Positions 39,856 to 55,389 of a stretch of 64,000 bases of DNA are shown in pieces (the first letter of the stretch is position 1; every line of letters begins with the position of its first letter). The stretch comes from an uncultured Acidobacteriota bacterium (GTDB taxonomy: Bacteria > Acidobacteriota > Thermoanaerobaculia > Multivoradales > UBA5704), in assembly GCA_963770895.1 (NCBI GenBank), contig CAVYRF010000002.1:2496001-2560000 (forward strand). Direction: 5' to 3'. Under the pieces are notes generated by a model. The model did not search any database. It saw only the letters and a program-made list of their open reading frames with translations, and was not told the DNA's origin. The position numbers and the translations under genes were made by a program.

Positions 39856-40986
39856 ATGGCGATGGAAACATGGGATGCGGACAGGCTTTCGCCGCGCGAC
39901 CGCGAGATCCTGAAAGACATCATTGCGACCTATATCTTGAGCGCCGAGCCGGTCAGCTCCCGGTCGGTGGCCAAGCATGGGCGGCTGGGGCTGTCCGCGG
40001 CGACGATCCGCAACGTCATGGCGGACCTTGAAGAGTGGGGCTTCCTGGTGCAGCCGCACACTTCGGCCGGGCGGGTGCCGACGCCGGCGGCGTATCACAT
40101 GTTCATCGAATCGATGATGCATACGCGGAAGCTCCCGGCGCGCGAGCGGCGTTACATCGAAGAGCACCTGGGCAGCCCGCAGGCCGATGCCGACGACCTG
40201 ATCGGCACCACCTCCCACCTGCTGTCCGAGCTGTCGCAGCAGGTCAGCATCGTGGTGGCGCCGGGAATCGGTGAAACGGTGCTCAAGGCGGTGGATTTTG
40301 TGCCGGTGGCGGAGCGCAAGGTGCTGTGCGTGGTGGTTTCGGACGCGGGGTTCGTCGACAATCGGCTGATCGAGACGGAAGAGGAGATCCCCCGCCACGA
40401 GCTGATCAGGATCTCCAACTACCTGACTGAGAATTTCGCCGGTCAAAGCCTGAACGCGATCCGCGACCGGCTGCTGCGGCAGATGGCGGAGGAGCGGGTG
40501 CAGGTCGACCGGCTGCTGGCGCTGACCATCGAGCTGGCGTGCGAAGGTCTGGCGCCGGGCCCGCGCGAGCGGCAGCCTGAAGTGTTGGTGGATGGCGCCT
40601 CGGCGCTGCTGGTGCGTCCCGAGCTGGCGGACATCCAGCGGGTGCGCCGCATGTTCGAGGCGTTCGCCGACAAGGCCCGCCTGGTGCGCATGCTCAACGG
40701 CTGCATCCAGGGCGGCGGCGTGCGGGTGCTGATCGGCGCCGACAGCGATCTGACCTCGGAGCTCGATTTCAGCCTGGTGGCGTCCTCGTACCACGTCGGC
40801 GGACAGCCGCTCGGCACGCTCGGCATCTTCGGTCCTTCGCGCATGGACTATCAAAAGGTCATTCCCCTGGTTCACTATCTGGGACACGCGCTGTCACGGG
40901 CGCTGTCCGATGCATTCGCGGGTGCGCCGGCTTCCGGGGCGGGGGTCGGGGCGGGCATCCGCGGCAGGAGAGAGGGAGATGTCTGA
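39856..40986 (+). CDS. hrcA: Heat-inducible transcription repressor
   Basis: EPVSSR, SAATIRNVMADLE, QPHTSAGRVPT, GPSRMDY. GGAGG RBS. Confidence 0.97.
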   Translation: MAMETWDADRLSPRDREILKDIIATYILSAEPVSSRSVAKHGRLGLSAATIRNVMADLEEWGFLVQPHTSAGRVPTPAAYHMFIESMMHTRKLPARERRYIEEHLGSPQADADDLIGTTSHLLSELSQQVSIVVAPGIGETVLKAVDFVPVAERKVLCVVVSDAGFVDNRLIETEEEIPRHELIRISNYLTENFAGQSLNAIRDRLLRQMAEERVQVDRLLALTIELACEGLAPGPRERQPEVLVDGASALLVRPELADIQRVRRMFEAFADKARLVRMLNGCIQGGGVRVLIGADSDLTSELDFSLVASSYHVGGQPLGTLGIFGPSRMDYQKVIPLVHYLGHALSRALSDAFAGAPASGAGVGAGIRGRREGDV

Positions 40987-41668
40987 GCAGCCGACTGAGG
41001 GCGACAAGATCGAGTTGGAAGAGCCGGCGGACGACCTGGAGGCGACGATGCGCGAAGCGCTGGCTGCCGTCGAAGCGGCAGAGGGCGAGCGCGCCGCCGC
41101 TCCCCCCGACCCCGGCAACGACGTCGGTGCGCTGCGCCAGGAAATTGCCGACCTGCGCGACCGCTCGATGCGGACGCTGGCGGATTTCGACAACTTCCGC
41201 AAGCGCGCCGAGCGCGAGCGGCAGGAGGTCCGGCGGTACGCCTTGCTGGAGCCCTTGCGTGACTTCCTGCCGATCGCCGACAACCTGGAGCGGGCGCTGT
41301 CGGCGGGCGGCTCGGCCGACGACCTCAAGCGCGGCGTCGAAATGATCCTGCGCCAGATGCAGGACCTGCTGCGCCGCTTCGGGGTGCGTGAGATCACCGC
41401 CGCGGGCGAAGTGTTCAATCCCGCCGTGCACGAAGCGGTGGCGCGCGCCGAAAGCGACGCGGTCGGCGTCCCCACGGTCACCGAAGCGCTGGTGCGCGGC
41501 TACATGCTGCACGACCGGCTGCTGCGGCCGGCCATGGTCAAGGTGGCGGTGCCGGCCGAAAAGAGCCCGGCTGCAAGCGGCGCCACCGGCGCCGCCAACC
41601 CGGCGGACCCGGCTGATGCGGGCGCCGCCGCGCCGCCGGCGGACGACGCCGAACCCCGAGGCCATTGA
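40979..41668 (+). CDS. grpE: Nucleotide exchange factor GrpE
   Basis: ADFDNFRKR, DNLERAL, FNPAVHEA, GYML.DRLLRPAMVKV. Confidence 0.96.
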   Translation: MSEQPTEGDKIELEEPADDLEATMREALAAVEAAEGERAAAPPDPGNDVGALRQEIADLRDRSMRTLADFDNFRKRAERERQEVRRYALLEPLRDFLPIADNLERALSAGGSADDLKRGVEMILRQMQDLLRRFGVREITAAGEVFNPAVHEAVARAESDAVGVPTVTEALVRGYMLHDRLLRPAMVKVAVPAEKSPAASGATGAANPADPADAGAAAPPADDAEPRGH

Positions 41669-41773
41669 GGCCATTCGTGCCGCGCCGACGTACCACATAC
41701 AATAGGTGAACTCTTCACGTTGCGGCGCCGCCGGCGCCGGGGGGGGCCTCACTGGCACCATGAGGCAGGTCGC

Positions 41774-43609
<1,836 letters not shown>

Positions 43610-43625
43610 CAAAGGTTGACGTTCG

Positions 43626-44738
43626 ATGGCAAAGCGTGACTATTACGAAGTTCTCGGCGTCGAGCGCACCGCCGGCACGGCCGAGATCAAGACGTCCTAC
43701 CGCAAGCTCGCGGTCAAATATCATCCCGACCGCAATCCCGGCGACAGCGAAGCCGAAGACCGTTTCAAGGAAGCGTCGGAAGCCTACGAAGTGCTGTCGG
43801 ACGCCGATAAACGCGCCCGCTACGATCGTTTCGGCCATCAAGGCGTCGCCGGCGCCGGCAGCGCCGGCTTCGATCCGGCGATCTTCGCCGACTTTTCCGA
43901 CATCCTTGGCGACCTGTTCGGCTTCGGCGGCGGCGGCCGCCGCGGCGGCGCCTCGGGCATGACGCGCGGCGCCGACCTGCGCTACGACCTGTCGCTCACC
44001 TTCGAAGAGGCCGCCTTCGGCACCGAGATGACCCTGCGCATCCCGCGCCTGGAAGGCTGTCCCAGGTGCGAAGGCACCGGCAGCGCCGACAAGGCGGCGC
44101 CGGCCCCCTGCTCGATGTGCGGCGGGCGCGGCCAGGTGCGCTACAGCCAGGGGTTCTTCACCGTCGCCCGCACCTGCCCGCAGTGCCAGGGAGAAGGCCG
44201 CAGAGTCACCAACCCCTGTTCCGAGTGCCGCGGCGAAGGCCGCGTCGAACGCGAACGCTCGATCTCGGTCAAGATTCCCGCCGGGGTCGACACCGGCGCC
44301 CGCCTGCGCCTCACCGGCGAAGGCGAGCACGGCCGCCAGGGCGGCCCCGAGGGCGACCTCTACGTCGTGCTCTCGGTCAAGCCCCACAAGACCTTCCGCC
44401 GCGACGGCGCCAACGTGCACTCGCGCCTGTCGATCGCCTACGCCCAGGCGGTCCTCGGCACCACGGTGGAGGTGGACACCTTGCGCGGCAAGGCATCGCT
44501 GGACGTCCCCCCCGGCACCTCCTACGGCCGCGACTTCCGCCTGCGCGGCGAAGGCATCGAACGCCTCGACGGCAGTGGCCGCGGTGACCAGGTGGTGACC
44601 GTCACCATCGAAGTCCCCAACCCGCGCGACCTGTCCGACGACGAGGTCGCCTTGCTCCGCCGCCTGGCCGAGCTGCGCGGCCTCCCCTTGCGAGAGGAAA
44701 AAACCGTCCTCGACCGGGTGAAGAACCTCTTCGCCTGA
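43626..44738 (+). CDS. dnaJ: Chaperone DnaJ
   Basis: J-domain HPD, G/F region, four CxxCxGxG repeats. Confidence 0.97.
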   Translation: MAKRDYYEVLGVERTAGTAEIKTSYRKLAVKYHPDRNPGDSEAEDRFKEASEAYEVLSDADKRARYDRFGHQGVAGAGSAGFDPAIFADFSDILGDLFGFGGGGRRGGASGMTRGADLRYDLSLTFEEAAFGTEMTLRIPRLEGCPRCEGTGSADKAAPAPCSMCGGRGQVRYSQGFFTVARTCPQCQGEGRRVTNPCSECRGEGRVERERSISVKIPAGVDTGARLRLTGEGEHGRQGGPEGDLYVVLSVKPHKTFRRDGANVHSRLSIAYAQAVLGTTVEVDTLRGKASLDVPPGTSYGRDFRLRGEGIERLDGSGRGDQVVTVTIEVPNPRDLSDDEVALLRRLAELRGLPLREEKTVLDRVKNLFA

Positions 44739-44836
44739 CCCCGCCGCCAACCCGCTCGCGCGTCGCCCCGCGGCGCGCAGGCTAGCCCGGTGCGGCGGGC
44801 GTCCGGCGACGCCAGGCGGCCAGCCAGTTCCCCAAC

Positions 44837-46021
44837 ATGCCCTATCTGCGGCGGGTCTACCGCGTCCACCCCGACCATGAAGACGCCCTGGTCGCCGACC
44901 TCTGGCAGGCCGGCACCCTGGGCGTCGAAACCGACGCCGGAGCGCCGTTCGGCAGTGAAACCGCGGAGCAGGCCAGCCCGGCCACCGTCGATAGCCGCGC
45001 CGCCGCCGCGGACGCCGGCCGCGGTGACAGCGCTTGGGTGGGCCAGGTTGCCGCCGACAAAAGCGGGATGGACGCCGCCGAGGAGGGGCGCGACAAGGAC
45101 GCCGGGGCCGAGGGACGCGACAGAGTCGCCGGGGGCGGGAAGGGCGACCAGGCTCCCGGGTGGGTGCGGTTGACCGCTTATTTTGCCTTGCCTGTGGCCG
45201 GTTTGCCGCAGCCGATCTCGCCGTTGGTGGCCTCCGGGGCCGCGGTGTGCGAGCTGGAGGCTGTCCTGCAGGATACGGACTGGATGGCGGAGTATCGCCG
45301 CCGGTCGCAGCCCTTCCTGCTAGGCCGCAGCCTGGTCGTCGATCCCGGTGAGCCCGAAGAGGGCGCCGCCGCCGCGCCGGCCGCGCCGCTGGGGGAAGCG
45401 GGCGACGGCGGCGCGTCCGGGCGCCGGCTGCTGCGCCTGCCGGCGCGCACCGCGTTCGGCACCGGCAGCCACGAATCGACGTCGCTGGCGATCGATTTGC
45501 TGGAAGCGGAGGATCTGGCCGGCCGCACGGTGCTGGACGTGGGCACCGGCACCGGCATCCTCGCCTTTGCGGCGCTTGCCTGGGGCGCTGCCGGCGCCGT
45601 GGCGTTCGACGTCGATCCGGTCGCGGTCTTCCAGGCGCGCCTCAACAGCCGCCTCAACAGCCTCTTTCCGCTGCTGTTCACCGGCCGCGCCGCGGCCCTC
45701 AGGGCGGCCCTCCAAGGGCGGCGATTCGACGTGGCGGTGGTCAACGTGGTGCCTGAACAGGCACTGCCCGACCTGGCGGACATGGTGCCGGCGGTCGCCA
45801 GCTCCGGCGCGCTGATCCTTTCCGGCCTGCTGGCCGAGCGCGCCCCAGACGTGCTGGCGCATTGCGCCGCCCTGGGCCTGGGCGAAACCGCCCGCCGCCA
45901 GGCCGGCGATTGGGTGGCCCTGCGCCTGGCCCGCGGCGATCAAGCCCGGCCGTCGCCGCACCACCAGCAACAGGAAGTCCGCGGCCAGGCGCCGCCAGGC
46001 GGCGCACCGGCGAGCCGATGA
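44837..46021 (+). CDS. prmA: Ribosomal protein L11 methyltransferase with low-complexity insertions
   Basis: AFGTGSHEST and VLDVGTGTGIL; located after dnaJ. Confidence 0.88.
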   Translation: MPYLRRVYRVHPDHEDALVADLWQAGTLGVETDAGAPFGSETAEQASPATVDSRAAAADAGRGDSAWVGQVAADKSGMDAAEEGRDKDAGAEGRDRVAGGGKGDQAPGWVRLTAYFALPVAGLPQPISPLVASGAAVCELEAVLQDTDWMAEYRRRSQPFLLGRSLVVDPGEPEEGAAAAPAAPLGEAGDGGASGRRLLRLPARTAFGTGSHESTSLAIDLLEAEDLAGRTVLDVGTGTGILAFAALAWGAAGAVAFDVDPVAVFQARLNSRLNSLFPLLFTGRAAALRAALQGRRFDVAVVNVVPEQALPDLADMVPAVASSGALILSGLLAERAPDVLAHCAALGLGETARRQAGDWVALRLARGDQARPSPHHQQQEVRGQAPPGGAPASR

Positions 46022-46872
46022 TCACCCTGCTGGTCGAGCCGCACCGCTTCGACGCCGGCGACGCCGGTGCGTCTGCCACCTCCGAGCTGGTGATCGAGGG
46101 CGACGTGTACCGCCACCTGTTTCGCGCCCGGCGGGTGGCGGTGGGTGAGCGCTTGCGGGTGGTGGACGGTGCGGGGCGGGCGCGCTGGGGGACGGTGGCG
46201 CGGGTGGGGCGCAGCGCGGCAATCGTCACCCTGGAAGGGCCGGCCGCGGACAACGAGCCGCGGCTGACGGTGGTGCTGCTGGTGGCGACGCCGCGGCCCG
46301 AGCGGGCTGCCTGGCTGGTGGAAAAAGCGACGGAGGTGGGGGTGGTGGCCATCCGGTTCCTGCAGACGGAGCGGGCGCCGCGCGATCTGGGCGAAGGTGC
46401 CGTGGCGCGGCTGCGGCGGGTGGTGGCGGCCGCTGTCGAGCAGTGCCACCGCTCGCGCTGCCCCGAGGTCACCGGACCGCACCCTTTTGCCGCGGTGCTC
46501 AGGGGCGGCGGCCTGGCGGACGGCGTGGGGCGGCGCTGGTGGCTCGATCCTGCCGCCGCGGCCTCGGCTGGTCAGGCCGGCGCCGACGGCGGCGCGGCGC
46601 CGCTGGACGACTCCAAGGACGGCGGGGGGCTGCTGGTCGGCCCGGATGGGGGCGCGCCGTTGCCGGCCGGCCCGGAGGGCGTTGCGGCGCTCCTGGTGGG
46701 GCCGGAGGGAGGGTGGGCGCCTGGCGAAAGTGCGGCGTTGCGGGCGGACGGATGGCACGGGGTGACGCTGGGGGAGCGCGTGCTGCGCATCGAGACCGCG
46801 GCGGTGGCGGGCGCCGCGCTGCTGCTCCTGACCCCGGTGCCGGCGATGGTCGCGGGGGCTGTGGCGCAGTAG
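46018..46872 (+). CDS. rsmE: 16S rRNA m3U1498 methyltransferase
   Basis: VEKATEVGV, AVEQC.R, VGPEGG, LGERVLRIETAA. ATGA overlap with prmA. Confidence 0.9.
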   Translation: MITLLVEPHRFDAGDAGASATSELVIEGDVYRHLFRARRVAVGERLRVVDGAGRARWGTVARVGRSAAIVTLEGPAADNEPRLTVVLLVATPRPERAAWLVEKATEVGVVAIRFLQTERAPRDLGEGAVARLRRVVAAAVEQCHRSRCPEVTGPHPFAAVLRGGGLADGVGRRWWLDPAAAASAGQAGADGGAAPLDDSKDGGGLLVGPDGGAPLPAGPEGVAALLVGPEGGWAPGESAALRADGWHGVTLGERVLRIETAAVAGAALLLLTPVPAMVAGAVAQ

Positions 46873-46927
46873 ACACTTGCCGGGGTCACACGTTAGAGTC
46901 GACGAACCCGGATAAGGAGACCAACCA

Positions 46928-47971
46928 GTGGACGCCGCCAACTCGCAAAGCCCTTTCACCAACGTCCGCTGGATCTGGATGAACGGCCAGCTCATCGAGT
47001 TCGAGCGCGCCACCATCCATGTCATGACGCATGCGCTGCACTACGGCTCGGGAGTGTTCGAAGGCATCCGCTGCTACAGGACGCACACCGCGCCCGGCGG
47101 GTCGGCCATCTTTCGGCTGCCGGAGCATCTCAGCCGCCTGGAGTATTCGGCCAAGGTATACCGCATGGACGTCGGGTACTCGGCGGCGCAGCTGGACGAA
47201 GCCATCTGCGCGACGATCCGGGCCAACGGGTTTGAAGAGTGCTACATCCGGCCGCTGGTCTACCGCGGCTTCGGCACCATGGGGGTCAATCCGCTCAACT
47301 CGCCGGTCGAAGTGGTGATCGGCGTCTGGCCGTGGGGCAAGTACCTGGGCGAAGACGGCCTGACGTCGGGCGTGGACGTGTGCGTCTCGTCGTGGCGTCG
47401 CCCTTCCTCCAGCACGCTGCCGGCGATGGCCAAGGCGACGGGCAACTACCTCAACTCGGCGCTGATCAAGATGGAGGCGATCACCAACGGCTTCACCGAG
47501 GGGATCGCGCTGGACTCGGGCGGCTACGTCAGCGAAGGCTCCGGTGAAAACCTCTTCCTGGTGGATCACGGCGTGCTGCTGACGCCGCCGGTGTCGGCGT
47601 CGCTGCTGCCGGGCATCACGCGCGACGCCGTGATCACGCTCGCCACGGACATGGGCCTCCCGGTGCGCGAACAGGTCATCCCGCGCGGCCTGCTGTACAC
47701 CTGCCAGGAGCTGTTCCTGACCGGCACCGCGGCTGAAATCACGCCCATCCGCAGCGTCGATCGGATTCAGGTCGGCGCCGGCCGGCCGGGTCCGATCACC
47801 CGCCAGCTGGCCGCCGAATTCCTGGGGATCATCGGTGGCGACATCAAGGATCGCCATGGGTGGCTGTCGCCGGTCTATACCGAAGGCAAGCCGGACAAGC
47901 AGGCAAAAGCACAGGCCGAAGCGCCCGCGGAAGTCCTCGCCGGGGTCGGCGGTTCCGCTACCGGCGGCTAG
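46928..47971 (+). CDS. ilvE: Branched-chain amino acid aminotransferase
   Basis: HALHYGSGVFEGIR, YIRP, KATGNY, EGSGENLF, LPGITR, GTAAEITP. Confidence 0.95.
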   Translation: MDAANSQSPFTNVRWIWMNGQLIEFERATIHVMTHALHYGSGVFEGIRCYRTHTAPGGSAIFRLPEHLSRLEYSAKVYRMDVGYSAAQLDEAICATIRANGFEECYIRPLVYRGFGTMGVNPLNSPVEVVIGVWPWGKYLGEDGLTSGVDVCVSSWRRPSSSTLPAMAKATGNYLNSALIKMEAITNGFTEGIALDSGGYVSEGSGENLFLVDHGVLLTPPVSASLLPGITRDAVITLATDMGLPVREQVIPRGLLYTCQELFLTGTAAEITPIRSVDRIQVGAGRPGPITRQLAAEFLGIIGGDIKDRHGWLSPVYTEGKPDKQAKAQAEAPAEVLAGVGGSATGG

Positions 47972-47998
47972 TACCCCGCTGCCCCGCGAAATACCCCG

Positions 47999-49171
47999 AT
48001 GAATATCAACGACCTGCTGAAAATCGCCGTCGAGCGCAAGGCTTCGGACCTTCACCTCAAGGTGGGGAGCCATCCGGTGCTGCGTGTGGACGGCGACCTG
48101 GCGCCGCTCGGCGAGCTCAAGCGCCTGATGCAAGAGGACACCATCGCCATGGCGTTCTCGATCATGAACGCGCGCCAGAAGCAGCGGTTCAAGGAAGAGT
48201 TCGAGCTGGACATCGCCTATTCGGTGCCCGGCCTGGGCCGCTTCCGCTGCAACGTCTTCCAGCAGCGCGGCGCGGTTGGCCTGGTCATGCGCGTCATCCC
48301 GGCGCGCATCCAGAGCGTGCGCGAACTGATGCTGCCGCCGGTGCTGGAAAGGATTTGCGAGGAGCGGCGCGGCCTGGTGCTGTGCACCGGCACCACCGGT
48401 TCCGGCAAGTCGACGACGCTGGCCGCGATGATCGACTACATCAACAACAGCCGCGGCGAGCACATCATGACCATCGAGGACCCGATCGAGTTCCTCCACC
48501 GCGACAAGAAATCGATCGTCAACCAGCGCGAAGTGGACGTGGACACGCGCGGCTTCTCGCCGGCGCTGCGCGCCGCCCTGCGCCAGGACCCCGATGTCCT
48601 GCTGGTGGGCGAAATGCGCGACTTCGAGACGATCGAAACGGCGCTGCTGGCGGCCGAAACCGGCCACCTGGTGTTTTCGACCCTGCACACGCTGGACGCC
48701 ACCGAAACCGTCAACCGCATCATCTCGGTGTTCCCGCCGCACCACCAGAAGCAGATCCGCATCCAGCTGTCGCAGGTGCTGCGCTCCATCGTCTCGCTGC
48801 GCCTGGTGCCGCGCGCCGACGGCATCGGCCGCGTGCCGGCGGCCGAAGTGCTGATCTCGACCGCCTATATCCGCGAGTGCATCGAAAACAAGGAAAAGAC
48901 CAAGTACATCCGCGAGCAGATCGCCCTGGGCACCAGCCAATACAACATGCAGACGTTCGACCAGTCGCTCTTCCAGCTTTACAAGAGCGGCCTGATCACG
49001 CTGGACGAAGCCCTCAAGCGCGCCACCAACCCGGACGAATTCAAGCTCAAGATCCAGGGTGTCCAGTTCACCGCCGACATCTCGCGCGAGCAGATGGAAG
49101 AGGCTCTCGCCATGCCGGGAGACGGCGACCTCCTGGGCGGCGCCGATGCGTTCGAGCTCGAACAGCACTGA
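47999..49171 (+). CDS. pilT: Type IV pilus retraction ATPase PilT family
   Basis: ASDLHL, GTTGSGKSTT, TIEDPIE, ALRQDPD, GHLVFSTLH, MQTFDQ. Confidence 0.93.
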   Translation: MNINDLLKIAVERKASDLHLKVGSHPVLRVDGDLAPLGELKRLMQEDTIAMAFSIMNARQKQRFKEEFELDIAYSVPGLGRFRCNVFQQRGAVGLVMRVIPARIQSVRELMLPPVLERICEERRGLVLCTGTTGSGKSTTLAAMIDYINNSRGEHIMTIEDPIEFLHRDKKSIVNQREVDVDTRGFSPALRAALRQDPDVLLVGEMRDFETIETALLAAETGHLVFSTLHTLDATETVNRIISVFPPHHQKQIRIQLSQVLRSIVSLRLVPRADGIGRVPAAEVLISTAYIRECIENKEKTKYIREQIALGTSQYNMQTFDQSLFQLYKSGLITLDEALKRATNPDEFKLKIQGVQFTADISREQMEEALAMPGDGDLLGGADAFELEQH

Positions 49172-49679
49172 TCCGCCGCGCCCTGCCGTCTCCTGCTACG
49201 ACCGGGCGTGCCAGCTGCTGGCCTTACGGCCCCACTTCCGCCGCGAGCTGGCGGTCAAGCTGGCGCGGCGCGGCTACCCTGCACCCGATATCGACGCCGC
49301 GCTCGATCGCCTGCAAGGCCAGGGCTACCTGGACGACGCGGCGACGTCCCAGGCGTGGGTCGCCTCGCGCCTGGCGCGCGGCGGCCTGGGGCAGAGCCGC
49401 CTGCGCGCCGAGCTGGCCAGGCGCGGCGCGGCGCCCGAGGCGGCCGCGGCGGCCCTGGCCGACCTGCCGCAGGACGACCTGGCGGCGGCGCGCGAAGCGG
49501 CCCGGCGCTGGCACGGCCGCACGCCGGATGCGCTGGCGCGGCACCTGGCGCGAAAGGGCTTCTCCCGCCGTGCTATCTTTGCCGTCCTGAAAGATCACCC
49601 CGTGGCGGCCGGGCTGTCCGACAAGGCGGCCGGCGCCTGGGACGACGACTCCGGCGACCCTGAAGACGGTTCCTCGTAG
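49146..49679 (+). CDS. recX: RecA regulator RecX (start uncertain)
   Basis: LLALRPH...EL..KL..RGY, GYLDD, G..RLRAEL..RG, LARKGFS. Confidence 0.85.
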   Translation: MRSSSNSTDPPRPAVSCYDRACQLLALRPHFRRELAVKLARRGYPAPDIDAALDRLQGQGYLDDAATSQAWVASRLARGGLGQSRLRAELARRGAAPEAAAAALADLPQDDLAAAREAARRWHGRTPDALARHLARKGFSRRAIFAVLKDHPVAAGLSDKAAGAWDDDSGDPEDGSS

Positions 49680-49757
49680 CCCGGCCGCACCGCGGCAGGC
49701 ATCCCGGAAATCGGCGGAAACCGGGGATCATGACCACCCCGACAGCGCGTGTGACCG

Positions 49758-52442
<2,685 letters not shown>

Positions 52443-52494
52443 CCGGCTCGCCGGGGCCGGCGTCACCTCGGTCCGGCACCCGGCCGGCGCCTGG

Positions 52495-54258
52495 CTAGAG
52501 GACGGTTTCCCGCAACACTTCTTCGATCGTCGTCACGCCGTCGCGGACCTTTTGCAGGCCGCTGCCGCGCAGCGTGATCATGCCGTTCTGGATCGCCTTG
52601 ACGCGCAGCTCGTAGGAGCTGGCGCCCGACAGGATCATCTCGCGCACCTCGTCGTCCACTTCCATCGCTTCGTACAGCGCGATGCGCCCCTTGTAGCCGG
52701 TGTTGCTGCACCGCTCGCAGCCGCGGCCGCGGAAGAGCTTCAGGTTGCGCGACTCGGCCTCGGCGAAGCCGGCTTCGATCAGGGCGTTGGGCGGCACCTC
52801 GGGCGCCGGTTCGCGGCAGAAGGAGCAGATGCGCCGCACCAGCCGCTGGGCGGCGATCATGTGCACCGAGGTGGCCACCAGGAACGGCTCGATGCCCATG
52901 TTCATCAAGCGGTTGATCGACGACGGGGCGTCGTTGGTGTGGAGCGTCGAAAGCACCAGGTGGCCGGTCATGGCGGCCTTGATCGCCACTTCGGCGGTTT
53001 CGAAGTCGCGGATCTCGCCGACCAGGATGATGTTGGGGTCCTGGCGCAGGAACGAGCGCAGCGAGGCGGCGAAGTTGAGGCCGATCTGCTCGCGCATCTG
53101 CACCTGGTTGATGCCCATCAGGTTGAACTCGACCGGGTCTTCGGCGGTGATGATGTTGACTTCGGGGGTGTTGATGCGTTGCAGCGCCGAATACAGGGTG
53201 TTGGTCTTGCCGGAGCCGGTGGGCCCGGTGACCAGCACCATGCCGTAGGGCTTGAGGATGGCGTTTTCGAAACGGCGCAGCGATTCGGCCTCGAAGCCGA
53301 GCTTCGCCATGTCGAGCATGAGCTTGTCTTTGTCGAGCAGCCGCATGACGATCTTTTCGCCGAACAGCGTCGGCAGGACCGACACGCGGTAGTCCAGGTC
53401 CTTGGCCTTGCCGCCGATCTTGGTCTTGATCTTGATGCGGCCGTCCTGCGGCAGGCGCTTTTCGGCGATGTCGAGGCGCGCCATGATCTTGACGCGGCTG
53501 GTGATCGCCTCCTTGAGCTTGAGCGGCGGGTGCATCATCTCGTAGAGGATGCCGTCGATGCGGTAGCGGACGCGGTATTCCTTTTCGTAGGGCTCGATGT
53601 GGATGTCGGAGGCGCCGCGCTTGATGGCATCGGTCAGCACGATGTTGACCAGCTTGACGACCGGCGCCTGCTCCGCCTCTTCTTCCAGGGCCGCCAGGTC
53701 GAAGTCGGAGTCTTCGGCGAGGACCTCCAGGTCGGTCGGCGTGCCGGCCTCTTCCGTCAGGTCCTCCATGACCTTCTTGAGCTCGATCGCGTGGGTCGAG
53801 CCGTAGTAGCGGTCGATGGCGGCGCGGAGGTCGGATTCGGCCGCCAGCACCGGCTCGACCTTGTAGCCGGTCATGAACTTGACGTCGTCCATGGCGAAGA
53901 CGTTGGTGGGGTCGAGCATCGCCACGGTGACGGTGGCGCCGGCCTTGCCGACCGGCACGATGATGTATTTGCGCGCCAGCTCCGGCGGGATGATCTTGAC
54001 CACCGCTTCGTCGATCTCGGTCGCCTGGAGGTCCACGGCCGGCACGCCGAAGTGCTGGCTCAACGCCTCCACCAGCTGCCGCTCGTTGAGGTGGCCCAGC
54101 TTGATGAGCGCCGCGCCCAGCCTGCCGCCCTGCTCCTTCTGATAGGCCAGCGCTTCCTGAAGCTGCTGCGTATCGATCCTGCCGGTGCGTATCAACAGTT
54201 CGCCGATCTTGTCCGGCGAAGAAGTCGGTTTGCGTGCGGCGAATTCCGGTGGTGCCAT
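52495..54258 (-). CDS. pilB: Type IV-A pilus assembly ATPase
   Basis: MshEN-like N-terminus (RLGAALIKLG), ASDIHIEP, GPTGSGKT, LRQDP, CxxC...CxxC. Confidence 0.93.
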   Translation of the reverse strand: MAPPEFAARKPTSSPDKIGELLIRTGRIDTQQLQEALAYQKEQGGRLGAALIKLGHLNERQLVEALSQHFGVPAVDLQATEIDEAVVKIIPPELARKYIIVPVGKAGATVTVAMLDPTNVFAMDDVKFMTGYKVEPVLAAESDLRAAIDRYYGSTHAIELKKVMEDLTEEAGTPTDLEVLAEDSDFDLAALEEEAEQAPVVKLVNIVLTDAIKRGASDIHIEPYEKEYRVRYRIDGILYEMMHPPLKLKEAITSRVKIMARLDIAEKRLPQDGRIKIKTKIGGKAKDLDYRVSVLPTLFGEKIVMRLLDKDKLMLDMAKLGFEAESLRRFENAILKPYGMVLVTGPTGSGKTNTLYSALQRINTPEVNIITAEDPVEFNLMGINQVQMREQIGLNFAASLRSFLRQDPNIILVGEIRDFETAEVAIKAAMTGHLVLSTLHTNDAPSSINRLMNMGIEPFLVATSVHMIAAQRLVRRICSFCREPAPEVPPNALIEAGFAEAESRNLKLFRGRGCERCSNTGYKGRIALYEAMEVDDEVREMILSGASSYELRVKAIQNGMITLRGSGLQKVRDGVTTIEEVLRETVL

Positions 54259-54324
54259 GCGCTCTCCTGGTGGGGCGATACGGACCCCCTTGCCGGCCCG
54301 GGAGAGGCCGGCACTGCCCCGTAG

Positions 54325-55389
54325 CTAGACTGTAGCTGCCACGGAGTTTAGCAGCGCCGCAGCGTGCTCTGCCAGCCGCTCGGGCGGGATTTGCAGCAAG
54401 CAGGCCTTGGGCTCGGCAAAGCGCCGGTAGCAGAAGCTGCAGGGCAGCCGGTGCACCAGCGCCCGCTCGGGCGCGCCGTAGGGGCCGTGGCGCGCCGGAT
54501 CGGTCGGCCCCATCACCATCAGCACCGGAGTCCCCAGGGCGTGGGCGAGATGGATGGGGCCGGTATCGCCGCCCAGCGCCAGGGTGGCGCGGCGCAGCAG
54601 CGCCGCGAGCGACGGCAGGTCGGGCGCCGCCACGGCCTGGGCGGCGCCGGCGCTGGCCGCCACCACCGCCCCGGCCAGGTGCTCTTCACCGGGCCCGGCG
54701 GCGACGCGGGTGGGCACTCCCGTCGTATCCAGCAGGCGGCGCGCCGCGGCGCCCCACCAGGCGGCGGGATAGGCCTTGTTGCCCCAGCCGGCGCCGGGGT
54801 GGACCAGGGCGAAGGCGCCGTTGCCGGAGGGTACCTCGGCGGCACCTGCCGCCGTGGCGCCGCGCAGCAGGCGGTCGCCGCCGAAGTCGGCCGGCTCGCG
54901 CGGCAGGCCCAATGCGTCGAGCAACGACAGGGTGCGGTCCACGGCGTGGGTGCCGTGCGCCGCCACCGTCTCGGAGAGCCACAGCGCGCTCGACGGCTCG
55001 CGGCGGCTGGCGCGGGCGTGGCCGATGCGGCGGCCGCACAGCGACAGCAGGGCGAGGACGGCGGCTTTGTGGTTGCCCATCAGGTCGAGCACCACCTGCG
55101 GCGCAAAGCGATCCAGGTCGGCAAGCAGCTCCGCCGCCTGGGCGAGCGTCCGGCCCGCCAGGGGCCGCCGCCCCCAGCGGCGCAGCCGCACCACGAGCAG
55201 CTGGTCGAGGTCGGGATGGCCGGCGAGCAGCGGCGCAAAGGCTTCCTCCACCACCCAGCCGAGCACCGCCTGCGGCAGGTGGCGGCGCAGGGCGGTGAGC
55301 ACCGGCAGCGCGTGCACCACGTCGCCCAGGCTGCTGGTGCGCACCAGCAGGATGCGCGGGCGCGGTGGCAGCGGCTCGCCGCGGTTCAC
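54325..55389 (-). CDS. GT9 lipopolysaccharide heptosyltransferase (WaaC-like)
   Basis: [27 protein letters not shown]. Confidence 0.88.
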   Translation of the reverse strand: MNRGEPLPPRPRILLVRTSSLGDVVHALPVLTALRRHLPQAVLGWVVEEAFAPLLAGHPDLDQLLVVRLRRWGRRPLAGRTLAQAAELLADLDRFAPQVVLDLMGNHKAAVLALLSLCGRRIGHARASRREPSSALWLSETVAAHGTHAVDRTLSLLDALGLPREPADFGGDRLLRGATAAGAAEVPSGNGAFALVHPGAGWGNKAYPAAWWGAAARRLLDTTGVPTRVAAGPGEEHLAGAVVAASAGAAQAVAAPDLPSLAALLRRATLALGGDTGPIHLAHALGTPVLMVMGPTDPARHGPYGAPERALVHRLPCSFCYRRFAEPKACLLQIPPERLAEHAAALLNSVAATV